A DNA stretch of 29,027 bases from Candidatus Iainarchaeum sp. (GTDB lineage Archaea; B1Sed10-29; WALL01), in the NCBI GenBank assembly GCA_021162685.1, contig JAGGYF010000012.1, positions 1 through 29,027 on the forward strand. The letters are read 5' to 3'. How positions within the stretch are numbered: position 1 is the stretch's first letter; every line of letters starts with the position of its first letter. Made by a program: the position numbers and the translations under genes. Positions 9,464 through 19,533 of the stretch are shown here, piece after piece. The notes below the pieces were generated by a model that was not told where the DNA came from, made no database searches, and saw nothing but the letters and a program-made list of their open reading frames with translations.

Positions 9464-10524
9464 ATGAGAAGATTAGGGAGCTTGAAGAAGAGCTGAGGAA
9501 AACACCGTACAATAAGGCAACACAGTATCATATAGGTTTGCTTAAAGCCAAGATTGCAAAGTTGAAAAGAGACAAAGAGATAGCATCAAAGAAGGGAGGA
9601 AAAGGACCAAGTTACGCTATAAAAAAATCTGGAGATGCAACAGCACTTCTTGTAGGTTTTCCAAGTGTGGGGAAAAGCACATTATTAAACCAACTCACAA
9701 ATGCAGAGTCAAAGGTTGGAGGATACGATTTTACAACATTACATATCATACCAGGCATGATGGAGTACAAGGGAGCAAAGATTCAATTACTTGATGTACC
9801 TGGTTTAATTGAAGGTGCATCTTCTGGCAGAGGCAGAGGGAAGGAGATAATGAGTGTTGTGAGAAGTGCAGACCTAATCATTATTGTTGCAGATGCAACA
9901 CAACCTGAACAGGTTTCTACTATTGAAAAGGAGCTATATAATGCGAACCTTAGATTAAACAAAAAGAGACCAGATGTCATAATAAAGAAGAAGGTCACAG
10001 GAGGAATAAACATTACTTCCACTGTGACATTGACGCACATGAATAAAGACCTTATAAAAAAGATACTTATGGAGTATAATATTCATAATGCAGATGTGAT
10101 CATAAAACAGGATATAACTATTGATGAGCTTATAGATGTTCTTTCAAAGAATAGGGTGTATGTCCCAGCAATAATCGTGTACAACAAAAGCGATCTGCCA
10201 CACAAGAAGATGAGCAACGGCATATACATATCAGCAGAAAAGGGAGATAACCTTGACGAGTTGAGAGAACTAATATATAATGCATTGGGGTTTTTACGTA
10301 TATACATGAAGAAGATAGGCGAAGAGCCGGATATGAAGCAGCCACTCATAGCTCGCAAGGGCGACACAATCAAAGATATATGTGAGAAGTTGCATAAGGA
10401 TTTCGTCCAGAGATTCAAGTTTGCAAGGATATGGGGACCAAGTGCAAAATTTGATGGGCAAATTGTTGGATTAAATCACGAACTGATGGATGAGGATATA
10501 GTGGAACTACACATAAGAAGGTGA
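9451..10524 (+). CDS. drg: DRG/Rbg-family OBG-class GTPase with TGS domain
   Basis: NKATQYHIGLLKAKIAKL, GFPSVGKS, FTT, DVPG and NKSD motifs; C-terminal TGS domain. Confidence 0.96.
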   Translation: MASVDEKIRELEEELRKTPYNKATQYHIGLLKAKIAKLKRDKEIASKKGGKGPSYAIKKSGDATALLVGFPSVGKSTLLNQLTNAESKVGGYDFTTLHIIPGMMEYKGAKIQLLDVPGLIEGASSGRGRGKEIMSVVRSADLIIIVADATQPEQVSTIEKELYNANLRLNKKRPDVIIKKKVTGGINITSTVTLTHMNKDLIKKILMEYNIHNADVIIKQDITIDELIDVLSKNRVYVPAIIVYNKSDLPHKKMSNGIYISAEKGDNLDELRELIYNALGFLRIYMKKIGEEPDMKQPLIARKGDTIKDICEKLHKDFVQRFKFARIWGPSAKFDGQIVGLNHELMDEDIVELHIRR

Positions 10525-10528
10525 TGTA

Positions 10529-11125
10529 TTGGGAGAATTCATAGACCTGTCAGAATATGAGAAAAGGATAAAAGAAAGAGGGAAGAGAAAGCCACTCATA
10601 GAAGCTGAAAAAGAAGTACTCTCCTTACTGAAGGAAGGATATTCAGTAAGTGATATTATCCAAGATCTTAGAGATAGAGGGTATTCATCAGATGAAATAG
10701 ATACAATTATCTCTGATGCTACACGTATGATAAAAAAGAGGAGAAGGATCAATATTTCGGACCTTTTCTTCTATGGTATTGTATTCCTTTTGATTGCTGC
10801 CATTGTCTCTATTATCTTCCTGCAGATAACTACTATGCCAAAGGATTGTGGTAATGATATATTCTGCGCAGAAAAAATCGCTTATTGTATAGAAGGGAGG
10901 TATACCAGTTCATATGCAGGGGTTACAAGAGAATACTCTATATTAAACGAAGGAGATACATGTAGGGTATTTATTGAAACAAAAGAAGCGCCATCATATA
11001 CTATGGAGAGAAAGGGCATGAGCATGATATGTGTATACCCTATTGTTGATGGTATGACAGATACATCCGACAGGACTAATAGATGTGAGGGCTCTCTTGT
11101 ATCTGTATTGGATACTATCCAATAA
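10529..11125 (+). CDS. Hypothetical single-pass membrane protein with a Cys-rich extracellular domain
   Basis: TTG start after an AGGTGA SD; central TM (LFFYGIVFLLIAAIVSIIFL); six Cys in the C-terminal domain. Confidence 0.72.
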   Translation: MGEFIDLSEYEKRIKERGKRKPLIEAEKEVLSLLKEGYSVSDIIQDLRDRGYSSDEIDTIISDATRMIKKRRRINISDLFFYGIVFLLIAAIVSIIFLQITTMPKDCGNDIFCAEKIAYCIEGRYTSSYAGVTREYSILNEGDTCRVFIETKEAPSYTMERKGMSMICVYPIVDGMTDTSDRTNRCEGSLVSVLDTIQ

Positions 11126-11837
11126 CCCTTGTGAGCACAAATCTACCAACGACAATGAGTACTATTATTAGTATGATTACCTCAACGAGCGGAAACCCAC
11201 CAACTTGAATTTCTGCGTATTTATTTATAGTATGGACCTCGCCATCATACTCATATGAGATTGTTAACTCAATGCGTTCTAATCCAGAAGCACTTTGTTT
11301 TGATGTAATATCAATTCTCCGCGTGAGTTCTGCTCCAGGTTCCATAATCTCAAATAATGGCATCCATTCTTTATTGAATTCATATCTGTCAGATGAACCT
11401 ACAATATTCACTTTTGCCTTTACATTATAAACACTAAAATCACCAACATTCCTTATTGAAAATACGAGTTGTGATGTCTCACCAGGGTTTATTGCGTATG
11501 GGTCCATTTTCACATCTGTCACTGTTATCATTGGTTTCTCAACAATAACAGATGTGGATGCTTCCTTTGATGTTATCTCATAAGTCCCAGGCTTATTTGG
11601 TGCTGTAAACGTTATTTTTGTAGTATACGTGCCCTTTTCCATCTCAGGTATATTTACAACCTTTTCCTGCCCAACAAAATTAAATACAATCTCCCCTTCC
11701 CTTAGTGGAGCATCAATAACAAATGTTGCTGTGAATTGCTCACCAGCGAATATATGCTTTTGGTCAACCTGTATTGCAGCACACATCCCAACAGAAATCA
11801 TTAAGCTAATAATAATAAGGACCATACTCATCTTCAT
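11115..11837 (-). CDS. Secreted, C-terminally anchored protein with two Ig-like domains (S-layer/CARDB-like)
   Basis: Signal peptide MKMSMVLIIISLMISVGMCA, APNKPGTYEI, FSIRNVGD..VYNV and a C-terminal TM. Start at ATG 11837 after a GGTGA SD. Confidence 0.72.
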   Translation of the reverse strand: MKMSMVLIIISLMISVGMCAAIQVDQKHIFAGEQFTATFVIDAPLREGEIVFNFVGQEKVVNIPEMEKGTYTTKITFTAPNKPGTYEITSKEASTSVIVEKPMITVTDVKMDPYAINPGETSQLVFSIRNVGDFSVYNVKAKVNIVGSSDRYEFNKEWMPLFEIMEPGAELTRRIDITSKQSASGLERIELTISYEYDGEVHTINKYAEIQVGGFPLVEVIILIIVLIVVGRFVLTRVIG

Positions 11838-13158
11838 ATTCTTCACCCTTTTTTCTTTCATTCCACCAATATATTATAATCAACACGCCTATAAGTAATA
11901 TAACAAGTAATCCCATTGGCGAGAAAATAAACCTTTGTATGATATCCAATGTTGTTGGAGTTTCAGCGGGTTTTTCTTCGCATGATACTCCCCTAAGCTT
12001 TTCAAGATTTTCTTGTGCTTTATCCGCATATGAGATAGCATTGAGAAAGTCATTTTTTGCATCCTTGAACTGGCCTTCTTTGTACTTCTCTCTCCCTTCG
12101 TTGTAGTAGTAAAATGACTTCATGTAGCTATCATTCAGTTCATCATAATATGACTGCTTTTTTGGAGTCAGCTCATCATAACAAACAGAAAGCTCTGATA
12201 ACTTCAATGCAGCAGCATCTCTTATCCCACTAATCTTCACCTCAACCTCATCAAGAATCTTCCCTATGTCCACCTCACTGAACACTTCTGCATAATTTGA
12301 GTACAGTCGTTCAATGTCTTCGTCTATTTTTTCATCAGATAATACTACATTATACCATTTCTCCTCCCAGTAGTCAACAAGGGAATCCCAACTGGGCAGT
12401 GACTCTGGTATCCCATTTATTCCGACTCCACTCTCAAAGCTTAATACAACCTGTTTCTCCTGATATGAGACATTCTCTTTTTCCCTATACTGCTGTGCTG
12501 CTGTCAAAAATATTCGTTTTCGTTCATCGTATGTATAACCTGCCTCAACCATATCTCTAAGCCCCTGCATAGCAGAAGTAAACCTTTTTCTCCATTCTAG
12601 TATATCTCCTGCACTAGCTTTTGAATTCATTAGTTTTGTCTCTTTCGCATCAAGCATTGTAATCCTTCTTTTTGCTTCTTCTACGCTATCTCCAAATGCC
12701 TTTGTATCATCATACAACTTATCCACGCTTGAATGCAACTCAGATGGCAGTTGTGATTTATATCTAAGAATAAAATCTTCCTGGTCTCTTATGTCCCCCA
12801 GCAAAAGATTCATATCGTTAATCTTTTTTGTTGGATAATCATTACTTTTACTCCCATAGTATATTTTCTGAATAACATAATGTACTTTATACACATCTAA
12901 TACCTTTTCCCTTTCTGTTTTCAATATTGTTCCATCATGTTTTGATACAGGAACCCAAACAGTATCAAATTCAACAACCCAATATTCGGTACTATCATTT
13001 AACTCTACTGGATAGTTTGGAATGCTCTGTGGGCTTATCTGAATATCAGAAAACTCGTGCTGGGCAATTGCAGTTGCCTTTGCCAGTGAGATATCAACGT
13101 CCTGAGCAACAACTGTAGACAAAACCATTATAATCAAAATAAGACTAAATTTTTTCAT
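11806..13158 (-). CDS. Secreted, C-terminally anchored protein with a PepSY-like N-domain and helical stalk
   Basis: Signal peptide MKKFSLILIIMVLSTVVA; ISLAKATAIA...YWVVEF...VPVSKHDGTIL resembles PepSY; long helical region; C-terminal TM and Tyr-rich tail. Confidence 0.7.
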   Translation of the reverse strand: MKKFSLILIIMVLSTVVAQDVDISLAKATAIAQHEFSDIQISPQSIPNYPVELNDSTEYWVVEFDTVWVPVSKHDGTILKTEREKVLDVYKVHYVIQKIYYGSKSNDYPTKKINDMNLLLGDIRDQEDFILRYKSQLPSELHSSVDKLYDDTKAFGDSVEEAKRRITMLDAKETKLMNSKASAGDILEWRKRFTSAMQGLRDMVEAGYTYDERKRIFLTAAQQYREKENVSYQEKQVVLSFESGVGINGIPESLPSWDSLVDYWEEKWYNVVLSDEKIDEDIERLYSNYAEVFSEVDIGKILDEVEVKISGIRDAAALKLSELSVCYDELTPKKQSYYDELNDSYMKSFYYYNEGREKYKEGQFKDAKNDFLNAISYADKAQENLEKLRGVSCEEKPAETPTTLDIIQRFIFSPMGLLVILLIGVLIIIYWWNERKKGEEYEDEYGPYYY

Positions 13159-13197
13159 AATGTTAGTTATCCATAAATAATATAAAAAGATGATGGC

Positions 13198-13869
13198 ATG
13201 GATGTTATTCTTGTTGAACCAGAAGGAGAGGAGAACGTAGGGTATATAGCAAGGGCAATGGCAAATTTTGGCCTAAAGAAGCTCGTTCTTGTCTCTCCGA
13301 AGTGCGATATAGGAATAAAAGCCAAAAGTAGAGCCATGCATGGTTGGCATATCCTGAAACACGCCTTAGTTGTAGAGTGCTTTGATGATGCTATTCAACC
13401 ATACACAATAGTGATAGGAACAACTGCAAAAGCAAACCAGAGGTCTACAATACGTGCGTACATGACACCAAAAGAGCTTGCATCAAGGATACAGGATTCT
13501 AATACATGTATAGTATTTGGTAGGGAATCCACGGGTTTGAGAACAAGCGAATTAAAAAGGTGTGATATAGTTGTCCATATTCCTGCGTCACATTATTCAA
13601 CACTTACGATTTCTCATGCTGCAGCAATAATATTTTATGAATTATTTTCAGCAAAATCAAAAGTAAGGCGTAAGATGGACAAGCATGAGAAAGAGTTATT
13701 AATAAGTCAGTTTAAAACAATAGCATACTCAAAAAAGCTGAACCTCAGGAATCCTGGGAATGTAGTTAAGATGTTTAGGAATGTTATTTCCAGGTCATTC
13801 ATTTCTGGAAGAGAAGCACATGGCATTGCAGGTGTTTTTAGGAAGGTTGTTGAAATCATGAATAAATGA
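13198..13869 (+). CDS. trmJ: SPOUT tRNA 2'-O-methyltransferase, TrmJ family
   Basis: VILVEP..ENVGYIARAMANFG, FGRESTGL and HIPA..YSTLTISHAAAIIFYE motifs. Confidence 0.88.
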   Translation: MDVILVEPEGEENVGYIARAMANFGLKKLVLVSPKCDIGIKAKSRAMHGWHILKHALVVECFDDAIQPYTIVIGTTAKANQRSTIRAYMTPKELASRIQDSNTCIVFGRESTGLRTSELKRCDIVVHIPASHYSTLTISHAAAIIFYELFSAKSKVRRKMDKHEKELLISQFKTIAYSKKLNLRNPGNVVKMFRNVISRSFISGREAHGIAGVFRKVVEIMNK

Positions 13870-13878
13870 GGTGATAAT

Positions 13879-15030
13879 GTGGTTGATGTTGTCCCTATAA
13901 ACATATACATGCCAACAAACCCAGAGGAGTTTACAACAAACCCCTATGATGTTATGTCTGATGAGGAGATAGAGACATTGAGGAAAAGAACGAGAAACAT
14001 GGTCCACATCATTCTTCCAGAAGGAAATGATTTCAAAAAGGCACGTGAGACATTGGAGAGATATGTCCAAGAAGGCGCATTAGAGCAAAAAGAACCTTCA
14101 TTGTACTTGTATAGTCAGTCAAGGCATGACTTTAAGCAAAGAGGAGTTATAGGTGGGTTCAGTCTTGAGGATTATGGTAATAACAAAATAAAAAGACATG
14201 AGAAGACAAGAGAGAAGCCGCTGAAAAATAGGATAGCACATATAAAGGCGACAAAGGCAGGATGTGGTTTGGTTTGGATGATGATGAAATCCAATAGAAG
14301 ATTAAAGCTGATCTTTGATGGGATAGAACAAACTGAACCAATATTCAATTTTCAAAGGTATGGGTGGCAGAACAAGCTATGGAGGATACCTGAGAAATAT
14401 ACCCAGGAGATACAAGCAATTATCAAGCAGAATGAATTGTATATTGCAGATGGCCATCATAGGATAGCAGCAGCGTATGAATACATGAAAGAGATGCGTG
14501 CCAACAGGGGAGACGGCCCCTGGAATTATGTTTTGGGATATGTTGCGAACGATGATGAGCTAAGGATACTCCCATACAATAGGGTGATAAAGAAATTGCC
14601 AATAGGGTTTGAATCCTTTTTGAGCATGGTTGAAAGAGAGTTTGATATAGTTAAGGGAGACAGCACACCAAAAAAGCATGAGATATGTATGTTCAATGGA
14701 GAATGGTATAAACTGATACCAAAAGAGATACCAGATGATCCAGTGAACTCCTTGGATGTGGCTATACTCCAAAACAGAATACTATCACCTATACTTGGGA
14801 TAACTGACCCACGAAAAGACCCAAACATCTTCTTTGTTGGTGGGGAGATGTCAAAGGAGGACATGGAGGGATATGTGACAAAAAAAGGGAATGCACTATT
14901 CTTTAGTTTATATCCCACTACTGTACATGATGTAGAAATGGTAGCAGATGCTGGTCTGGATATGCCCCCTAAGTCTACGTGGTTTGACCCAAAACTTCTG
15001 AGCGGATTAGCAATATATCCATTGGAATAA
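13879..15030 (+). CDS. DUF1015 family protein
   Basis: PYDV, IKRHEKT, YIADGHHR, ILPYNRV and MPPKSTWFDPKL motifs. GTG start after a GAGGTGA SD. Confidence 0.88.
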   Translation: MVDVVPINIYMPTNPEEFTTNPYDVMSDEEIETLRKRTRNMVHIILPEGNDFKKARETLERYVQEGALEQKEPSLYLYSQSRHDFKQRGVIGGFSLEDYGNNKIKRHEKTREKPLKNRIAHIKATKAGCGLVWMMMKSNRRLKLIFDGIEQTEPIFNFQRYGWQNKLWRIPEKYTQEIQAIIKQNELYIADGHHRIAAAYEYMKEMRANRGDGPWNYVLGYVANDDELRILPYNRVIKKLPIGFESFLSMVEREFDIVKGDSTPKKHEICMFNGEWYKLIPKEIPDDPVNSLDVAILQNRILSPILGITDPRKDPNIFFVGGEMSKEDMEGYVTKKGNALFFSLYPTTVHDVEMVADAGLDMPPKSTWFDPKLLSGLAIYPLE

Positions 15031-15084
15031 GCACATAAACCTTTAAATATCCCTCCCTCTTTATTACCTCTAAAGGTGGAAAAA

Positions 15085-17259
15085 ATGCCAGAGGAGCCAT
15101 CAACAGCAGAGATTGCAATGAAATTAGCAGAGGCATTAAAGGTAATAAAACAGGAATTGCAGGCATGGAGGGAAGAAGGCAAACAAAATGCGGCAAGGAT
15201 CGCAGCACTTGAAAAAATGCTCCAATCCATGAGCACGACAACGACTTCTGCTCAAGAAATGCAGAAGGAACTATTTGAGTTAAAACAGGAAATTGAATTG
15301 CTAAAAAACCAGCTCTCACTTGTTGAGAAGGAGAAAGGAACGCTGGAAACGTTAAAGGAGAAAATATCTGGATTAGCAGCAAGGAGAGGCATACCTGAAG
15401 AAGAGGTTATCAGCCGCATAAATCAATTACAGGAAAAAATTGAACAGTTATCAAAAAAGAGGATTGTTACTGAAGAGGAATTTAATGATATCATCTCAGA
15501 TATTCGTTCATATCTCCTGAGGGTAACAAAAGATCCAAGATTTGATGACTTAAAGACAAGAGTTGCGGCTTTGGAAGCAGTCTCTGGCATGAGCGACGAA
15601 CAAATCAGAAGAGAGATAAAGAAACTTTCAGATGAAATGTCTGAGATACAAAATTCATTTTTAACAGAGAAAGAGCTTATTGAAAGATTGAAGCCTATCC
15701 AAGATACTATAACAAAACTGTCTAAAAGAAAGACCATTACAGAGGAGCAATTCCAAGAGGCTCTTTCCAAACTCAGGAAATCTCTTTCAAAGGATCCCCG
15801 TTTTGATGATCTGAGAGCAAAGTTAGCATCCTTGGAAGCAGTCTCTGGCATGAGCGACGAACAAATCAGAAGAGAGATAAAGAAACTTGGAGAACAGCTC
15901 AATGCAATACAGATAAAGATAATACACGATGCTGCAGACATTGAAAAAATGGATAAGGAGATAGAATCTCTTTCTGGGTCTGTGAAGCAGAGCATTGATA
16001 AAATTACAGAGTTGAGGAGAAATATTGAGGAATTAAGCAAGCGCAGTGACCTCTCAGATGAAGAGCTTAAAAAACGGATAGAAGAGATGAGAACGCAGAT
16101 TGAAGATGTGTACAAGAAAGCAGGTAGATACGATGAGATCAAGAAGGAGCTTGAAAAACGTGATGAGAAGTTCATGGCAGCAATGAGCGAGAAGCTAAAG
16201 AAATGGCAGGAAGAAGCCAAAGCAAACGCGGAACGCATTGAGCAGATAAGGGAGAGGATAAATGAGATTACAGGCTCAAAAGAAGTCACGGAGAAGATGA
16301 AAAAAGAGTTAGAGCAATTACGCTCTGAACTTTTGAACATTACTGAACAGACAAAGAAATACCAAAAGTTGAAGGAAATACTTCTCAAACACAATGAGGA
16401 GCTTGAGGATGTTTATGCTTCAATAGGAAAAGAAAAGGTTGAACTTGACCAGTTAAGCAATACTATAAACAAACTCAAGGATAAGATTGTGGAATGGAGT
16501 GAGCGTAATAGTCAACTTGAGAATGAAACAAAAGAACTACACAAAGAGATAACAAAACTTGAGAAAAAGATAACAGAGCAAAACGTGAAAAAGGATGTTG
16601 AGTCATTGACAAAGACGATGGACCAGATTATGGACAGAATTGAAAGATTGCAGGAGAAGGAGAGAGAGATTGCAGAGGCACAGGCATATGTTATTGAGTT
16701 TGATGAGAAGATAAAGGAACTATTGAGGAAAGCGGTTCTGGCAACAATGGCAAAAAAGGAGTTTGAGGAAGAACTTGAGAAATTGAAACCCCCGAGGAAA
16801 TTTAAGGAAAAAGCAACGAAACCCCCAACGAAAAAGGAAGAACTTGACATAAAGAAAAAGTTAGCACTTTTGAGAGAAGGACTGGAGAAAGCAAAAGCAG
16901 AAGAGGAGAGAAAAGGAAGAGAAGACGAAGTTTTATCCATATTTAATGAATTCAAAAAAGAGATTGAGAAGGCAACAGACGAGGAGAAGGATACTCTGTG
17001 GAACAATACAAAGAATGACCTCATACACGTTATTCAAACAGACCTGAACAAGGCAAAAGAGGAGGCAAAGAAGATAGAAGCAAAGGGGAAAGATGTCTCA
17101 AAACTAAACCTTGCAATAACAAAAGTGGACATTGGATTAGTTTCTCTTGAAACCGCATTTGCAATACAAAACCTAGAAAAAGCAGAGGAGATAGTAAAGA
17201 AGATATCAGATGCAAGGGAACAAATAAAGAAGGAATTAGAGAGATTGCAATCTCTCTAA
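15085..17259 (+). CDS. Long repetitive coiled-coil protein (724 aa), no ATPase or TM domain
   Basis: E/K/L-rich heptads throughout with internal repeats. ATG after an AGGTGG SD; TATA-like TTTAAATA at 15042-15049. Confidence 0.85.
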   Translation: MPEEPSTAEIAMKLAEALKVIKQELQAWREEGKQNAARIAALEKMLQSMSTTTTSAQEMQKELFELKQEIELLKNQLSLVEKEKGTLETLKEKISGLAARRGIPEEEVISRINQLQEKIEQLSKKRIVTEEEFNDIISDIRSYLLRVTKDPRFDDLKTRVAALEAVSGMSDEQIRREIKKLSDEMSEIQNSFLTEKELIERLKPIQDTITKLSKRKTITEEQFQEALSKLRKSLSKDPRFDDLRAKLASLEAVSGMSDEQIRREIKKLGEQLNAIQIKIIHDAADIEKMDKEIESLSGSVKQSIDKITELRRNIEELSKRSDLSDEELKKRIEEMRTQIEDVYKKAGRYDEIKKELEKRDEKFMAAMSEKLKKWQEEAKANAERIEQIRERINEITGSKEVTEKMKKELEQLRSELLNITEQTKKYQKLKEILLKHNEELEDVYASIGKEKVELDQLSNTINKLKDKIVEWSERNSQLENETKELHKEITKLEKKITEQNVKKDVESLTKTMDQIMDRIERLQEKEREIAEAQAYVIEFDEKIKELLRKAVLATMAKKEFEEELEKLKPPRKFKEKATKPPTKKEELDIKKKLALLREGLEKAKAEEERKGREDEVLSIFNEFKKEIEKATDEEKDTLWNNTKNDLIHVIQTDLNKAKEEAKKIEAKGKDVSKLNLAITKVDIGLVSLETAFAIQNLEKAEEIVKKISDAREQIKKELERLQSL
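15571..15888 (+). repeat. Exact 57-bp direct repeat (15571-15627 and 15832-15888) inside the coiled-coil gene
   Basis: TTGGAAGCAGTCTCTGGCATGAGCGACGAACAAATCAGAAGAGAGATAAAGAAACTT occurs twice, 261 bp (87 codons) apart, encoding [19 protein letters not shown]. Confidence 0.95.
17236..17259. repeat. Perfect 24-bp palindrome forming the 3' overlap of two convergent genes
   Basis: TTAGAGAGATTGCAATCTCTCTAA is its own reverse complement and reads LERLQSL* on both strands. Confidence 0.97.
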
Positions 17260-18120
17260 ATACTCATAATCTTTTCTTGCCCTTTCTTGGATATATGCTA
17301 TCTCATCGTCTTTTAGGTGCCTAAATCTCTTCTGGCCTTTCAGATATTCAGCAACAGGTTTGAACTCACTTGGTTTGTATGTGATCCTCAACTTACCATT
17401 TTCTACCTCATACAATGCCCACAACCCTGTCTCCACTGCTAACTTCGCATATTTTATTGTATCAGATGTATCAAATCCCCATCCTATAGGACAAGGACAA
17501 TGCACTTGTATAAATTTCGCTCCTTTTATACTCAGTGCCTTTTTTATCTTGTTCTGGAAGTCCTCAGGGTATCCTATGGATGCTGTTGCTACATAAGGAA
17601 CACCATGCGCAGCTGCAATCATTGCTACATTCTTCTTCCATTCATCTTTTCCATGACTTACCTTTCCAGCAGGGCTGGTTGTTGTAGATGCTCCCCATGG
17701 CGTTGAACTTGACCTCTGGACACCAGTATTCATGTATGCCTCATTATCATACATCACATAAAGTACGTTGTGGCCTCTCTCAAGCATTCCAGAAAGGCAC
17801 TGAAAACCAATGTCTGCAGTTCCACCATCTCCTGCCAATGCGATAACATTTACATCTTCTTTTCCAAGTCTGTTCAATGCCTCCCTTACACCAGAAGCAA
17901 CAGCTGCAGCGTTTTCAAATGTTACATGTATCCATGGTACTCTCCAAGATGTTTCAGGATATGGTGTAGAAGTTACCTCCATGCACCCAGTTGCCTCACA
18001 AACTACTGTGTTCTTGCCAGCTGCTCTTAACATCTGCCTTATTGCTATTGCAGCACCACAGCCTGCACATGTTCTATGTCCAGGCGCAAGCAGTTCATTA
18101 GGTGCAGGAATGTTATTCAT
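17236..18120 (-). CDS. porB: Pyruvate/2-oxoacid:ferredoxin oxidoreductase beta subunit
   Basis: [15 protein letters not shown]-binding GDGG...[10 protein letters not shown] and CPCPIGW motifs. ATG 18120 after a GAGGTGA SD. Confidence 0.95.
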   Translation of the reverse strand: MNNIPAPNELLAPGHRTCAGCGAAIAIRQMLRAAGKNTVVCEATGCMEVTSTPYPETSWRVPWIHVTFENAAAVASGVREALNRLGKEDVNVIALAGDGGTADIGFQCLSGMLERGHNVLYVMYDNEAYMNTGVQRSSSTPWGASTTTSPAGKVSHGKDEWKKNVAMIAAAHGVPYVATASIGYPEDFQNKIKKALSIKGAKFIQVHCPCPIGWGFDTSDTIKYAKLAVETGLWALYEVENGKLRITYKPSEFKPVAEYLKGQKRFRHLKDDEIAYIQERARKDYEYLERLQSL

Positions 18121-19270
18121 TTGGATCACCTCTCAGCAACTCAACTTTTCCATCTGCTTCTTTCAACCTGTCCACAAAGTTATTGATGTTCTGCATTGTA
18201 ACGTCTGTTCCTCCAAGTCCTCCAATGACATTATTTATTTTTGGTCTTTTCTCCAATTCATACAACACGTCTTTTATCTCGGAATACATAGCACCAGAGT
18301 TCATTCCAAGCGCAACATTCTTTTCAAATACTATTACTGTTTCTTTGCCTTCAAGCGCCTTTTTTATCTCCTCTTTTGGGAATGGTCTATAACATCTCAC
18401 TCTCAAAAGTCCAACATCATCCCTCTGGTCCACGACCCCTTTTATTGTTCCACAAACAGACCCCATTGCAACTATAGATATAGGTCTATCGTTCTTGTAT
18501 TCCTCAATGAGACCATTTCCATATCTTCTTCCAAACTTCTCCGCATATTTATCATGTATCTCCTTGACTACATCTTTTGAGTTATTAACTGCTTCATTTA
18601 ACGCAATCCTCAATGCAGCATAGGGTTTTGGAAATGCAAATGGCCCCTGTGTTACTGGTCGTTCTGGGTCCAAGTACGCATGTTTTGGATTATATTCTGG
18701 GAGAAAAGCATCTACCTCTTCTTGTGATGGTATATCCACTTTTTCATAGGTGTGCGTTAATGTGAATCCATCCATGTTTACCATTACTGGCAATAACACC
18801 CTTTCATCCTCGGCAATCCTGTATGCTTGTATTATGGTATCAACAACTTCTTGGTTGGTTTCACAGAATAATTGGAGCCATCCTGAATCCCTTTCTGCTA
18901 TTGTATCTTGATGGTCATTCCATATGTTTATTGGTGCAGACAATGCTCTATTAGCAACAACCATTACTATTGGTAGTCGCATGCCTGCAGCAGCATATAG
19001 AACCTCATGCATCAATGCAACACCCTGAGATGCTGTTGCTGTAAATGCCCTAACTCCAGTGGCACTTGCTCCTACACATGCAGACATTGCAGCAAATTCT
19101 GATTCTACCCTTATAAATGAAGTATCAAACTTCCCGTCAGCAACGAACTTGGATAACTCCTCTGGAATATGCGTACTTGGTGTTATTGGATACATCGCAC
19201 ATACCTTTGGTTTGCATAACGCAACAGCATGTGCAGCTGCTTGTGAACCCTCAATAACTCTTGTTGTCAT
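18113..19270 (-). CDS. porA: Pyruvate/2-oxoacid:ferredoxin oxidoreductase alpha subunit
   Basis: [35 protein letters not shown] and GLGG motifs. Confidence 0.95.
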   Translation of the reverse strand: MTTRVIEGSQAAAHAVALCKPKVCAMYPITPSTHIPEELSKFVADGKFDTSFIRVESEFAAMSACVGASATGVRAFTATASQGVALMHEVLYAAAGMRLPIVMVVANRALSAPINIWNDHQDTIAERDSGWLQLFCETNQEVVDTIIQAYRIAEDERVLLPVMVNMDGFTLTHTYEKVDIPSQEEVDAFLPEYNPKHAYLDPERPVTQGPFAFPKPYAALRIALNEAVNNSKDVVKEIHDKYAEKFGRRYGNGLIEEYKNDRPISIVAMGSVCGTIKGVVDQRDDVGLLRVRCYRPFPKEEIKKALEGKETVIVFEKNVALGMNSGAMYSEIKDVLYELEKRPKINNVIGGLGGTDVTMQNINNFVDRLKEADGKVELLRGDPNE

Positions 19271-19533
19271 TTCTTCTCAACCTCCATCTCAATTGCTTGG
19301 AAGGGACACACTTTCACACAAATTCCACATCCTTTACAGTAATCCATGTCTGCTACTGCTCCTTCCTCCTTTATCTCTATGATACCTTCTGGGCAAAATT
19401 TGACACATATCCCACATTTTTTACATTTGTCATGGATGAAATTTGGTCTAAACGTCCTCCAACCACCTGTTTTTGTTTTTGCTGAATTACCAGGTTCATA
19501 TATGACTCCGCCAGTAGTGACTTCCTCTGTCAT
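19267..19533 (-). CDS. porD: Pyruvate/2-oxoacid:ferredoxin oxidoreductase delta subunit (2x[4Fe-4S])
   Basis: [10 protein letters not shown] and two CxxCxxCxxxCP motifs. Confidence 0.95.
   Translation of the reverse strand: MTEEVTTGGVIYEPGNSAKTKTGGWRTFRPNFIHDKCKKCGICVKFCPEGIIEIKEEGAVADMDYCKGCGICVKVCPFQAIEMEVEKK

Noticed and set aside
15571-15888. Direct repeat as a CRISPR array or IS target duplication
   Set aside because: Only two copies, 57 bp long, in frame within a CDS, with no cas or transposase gene adjacent.
15423-17024. 323-aa and 170-aa minus-strand ORFs
   Set aside because: Antisense shadows of the E/K-rich coiled-coil gene; their Ser/Phe/Leu richness mirrors its codons.
15085-17259. 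SMC/Rad50 annotation for the coiled-coil protein
   Set aside because: No Walker A/B, ABC signature, hinge or CxxC hook.
17810-18580. 256-aa plus-strand ORF, and similar ORFs at 660-1286, 14526-15236 and 25831-26565
   Set aside because: They lie antisense to well-supported genes (porA/porB, acdB, DUF1015, ftsZ) and have no family motifs.
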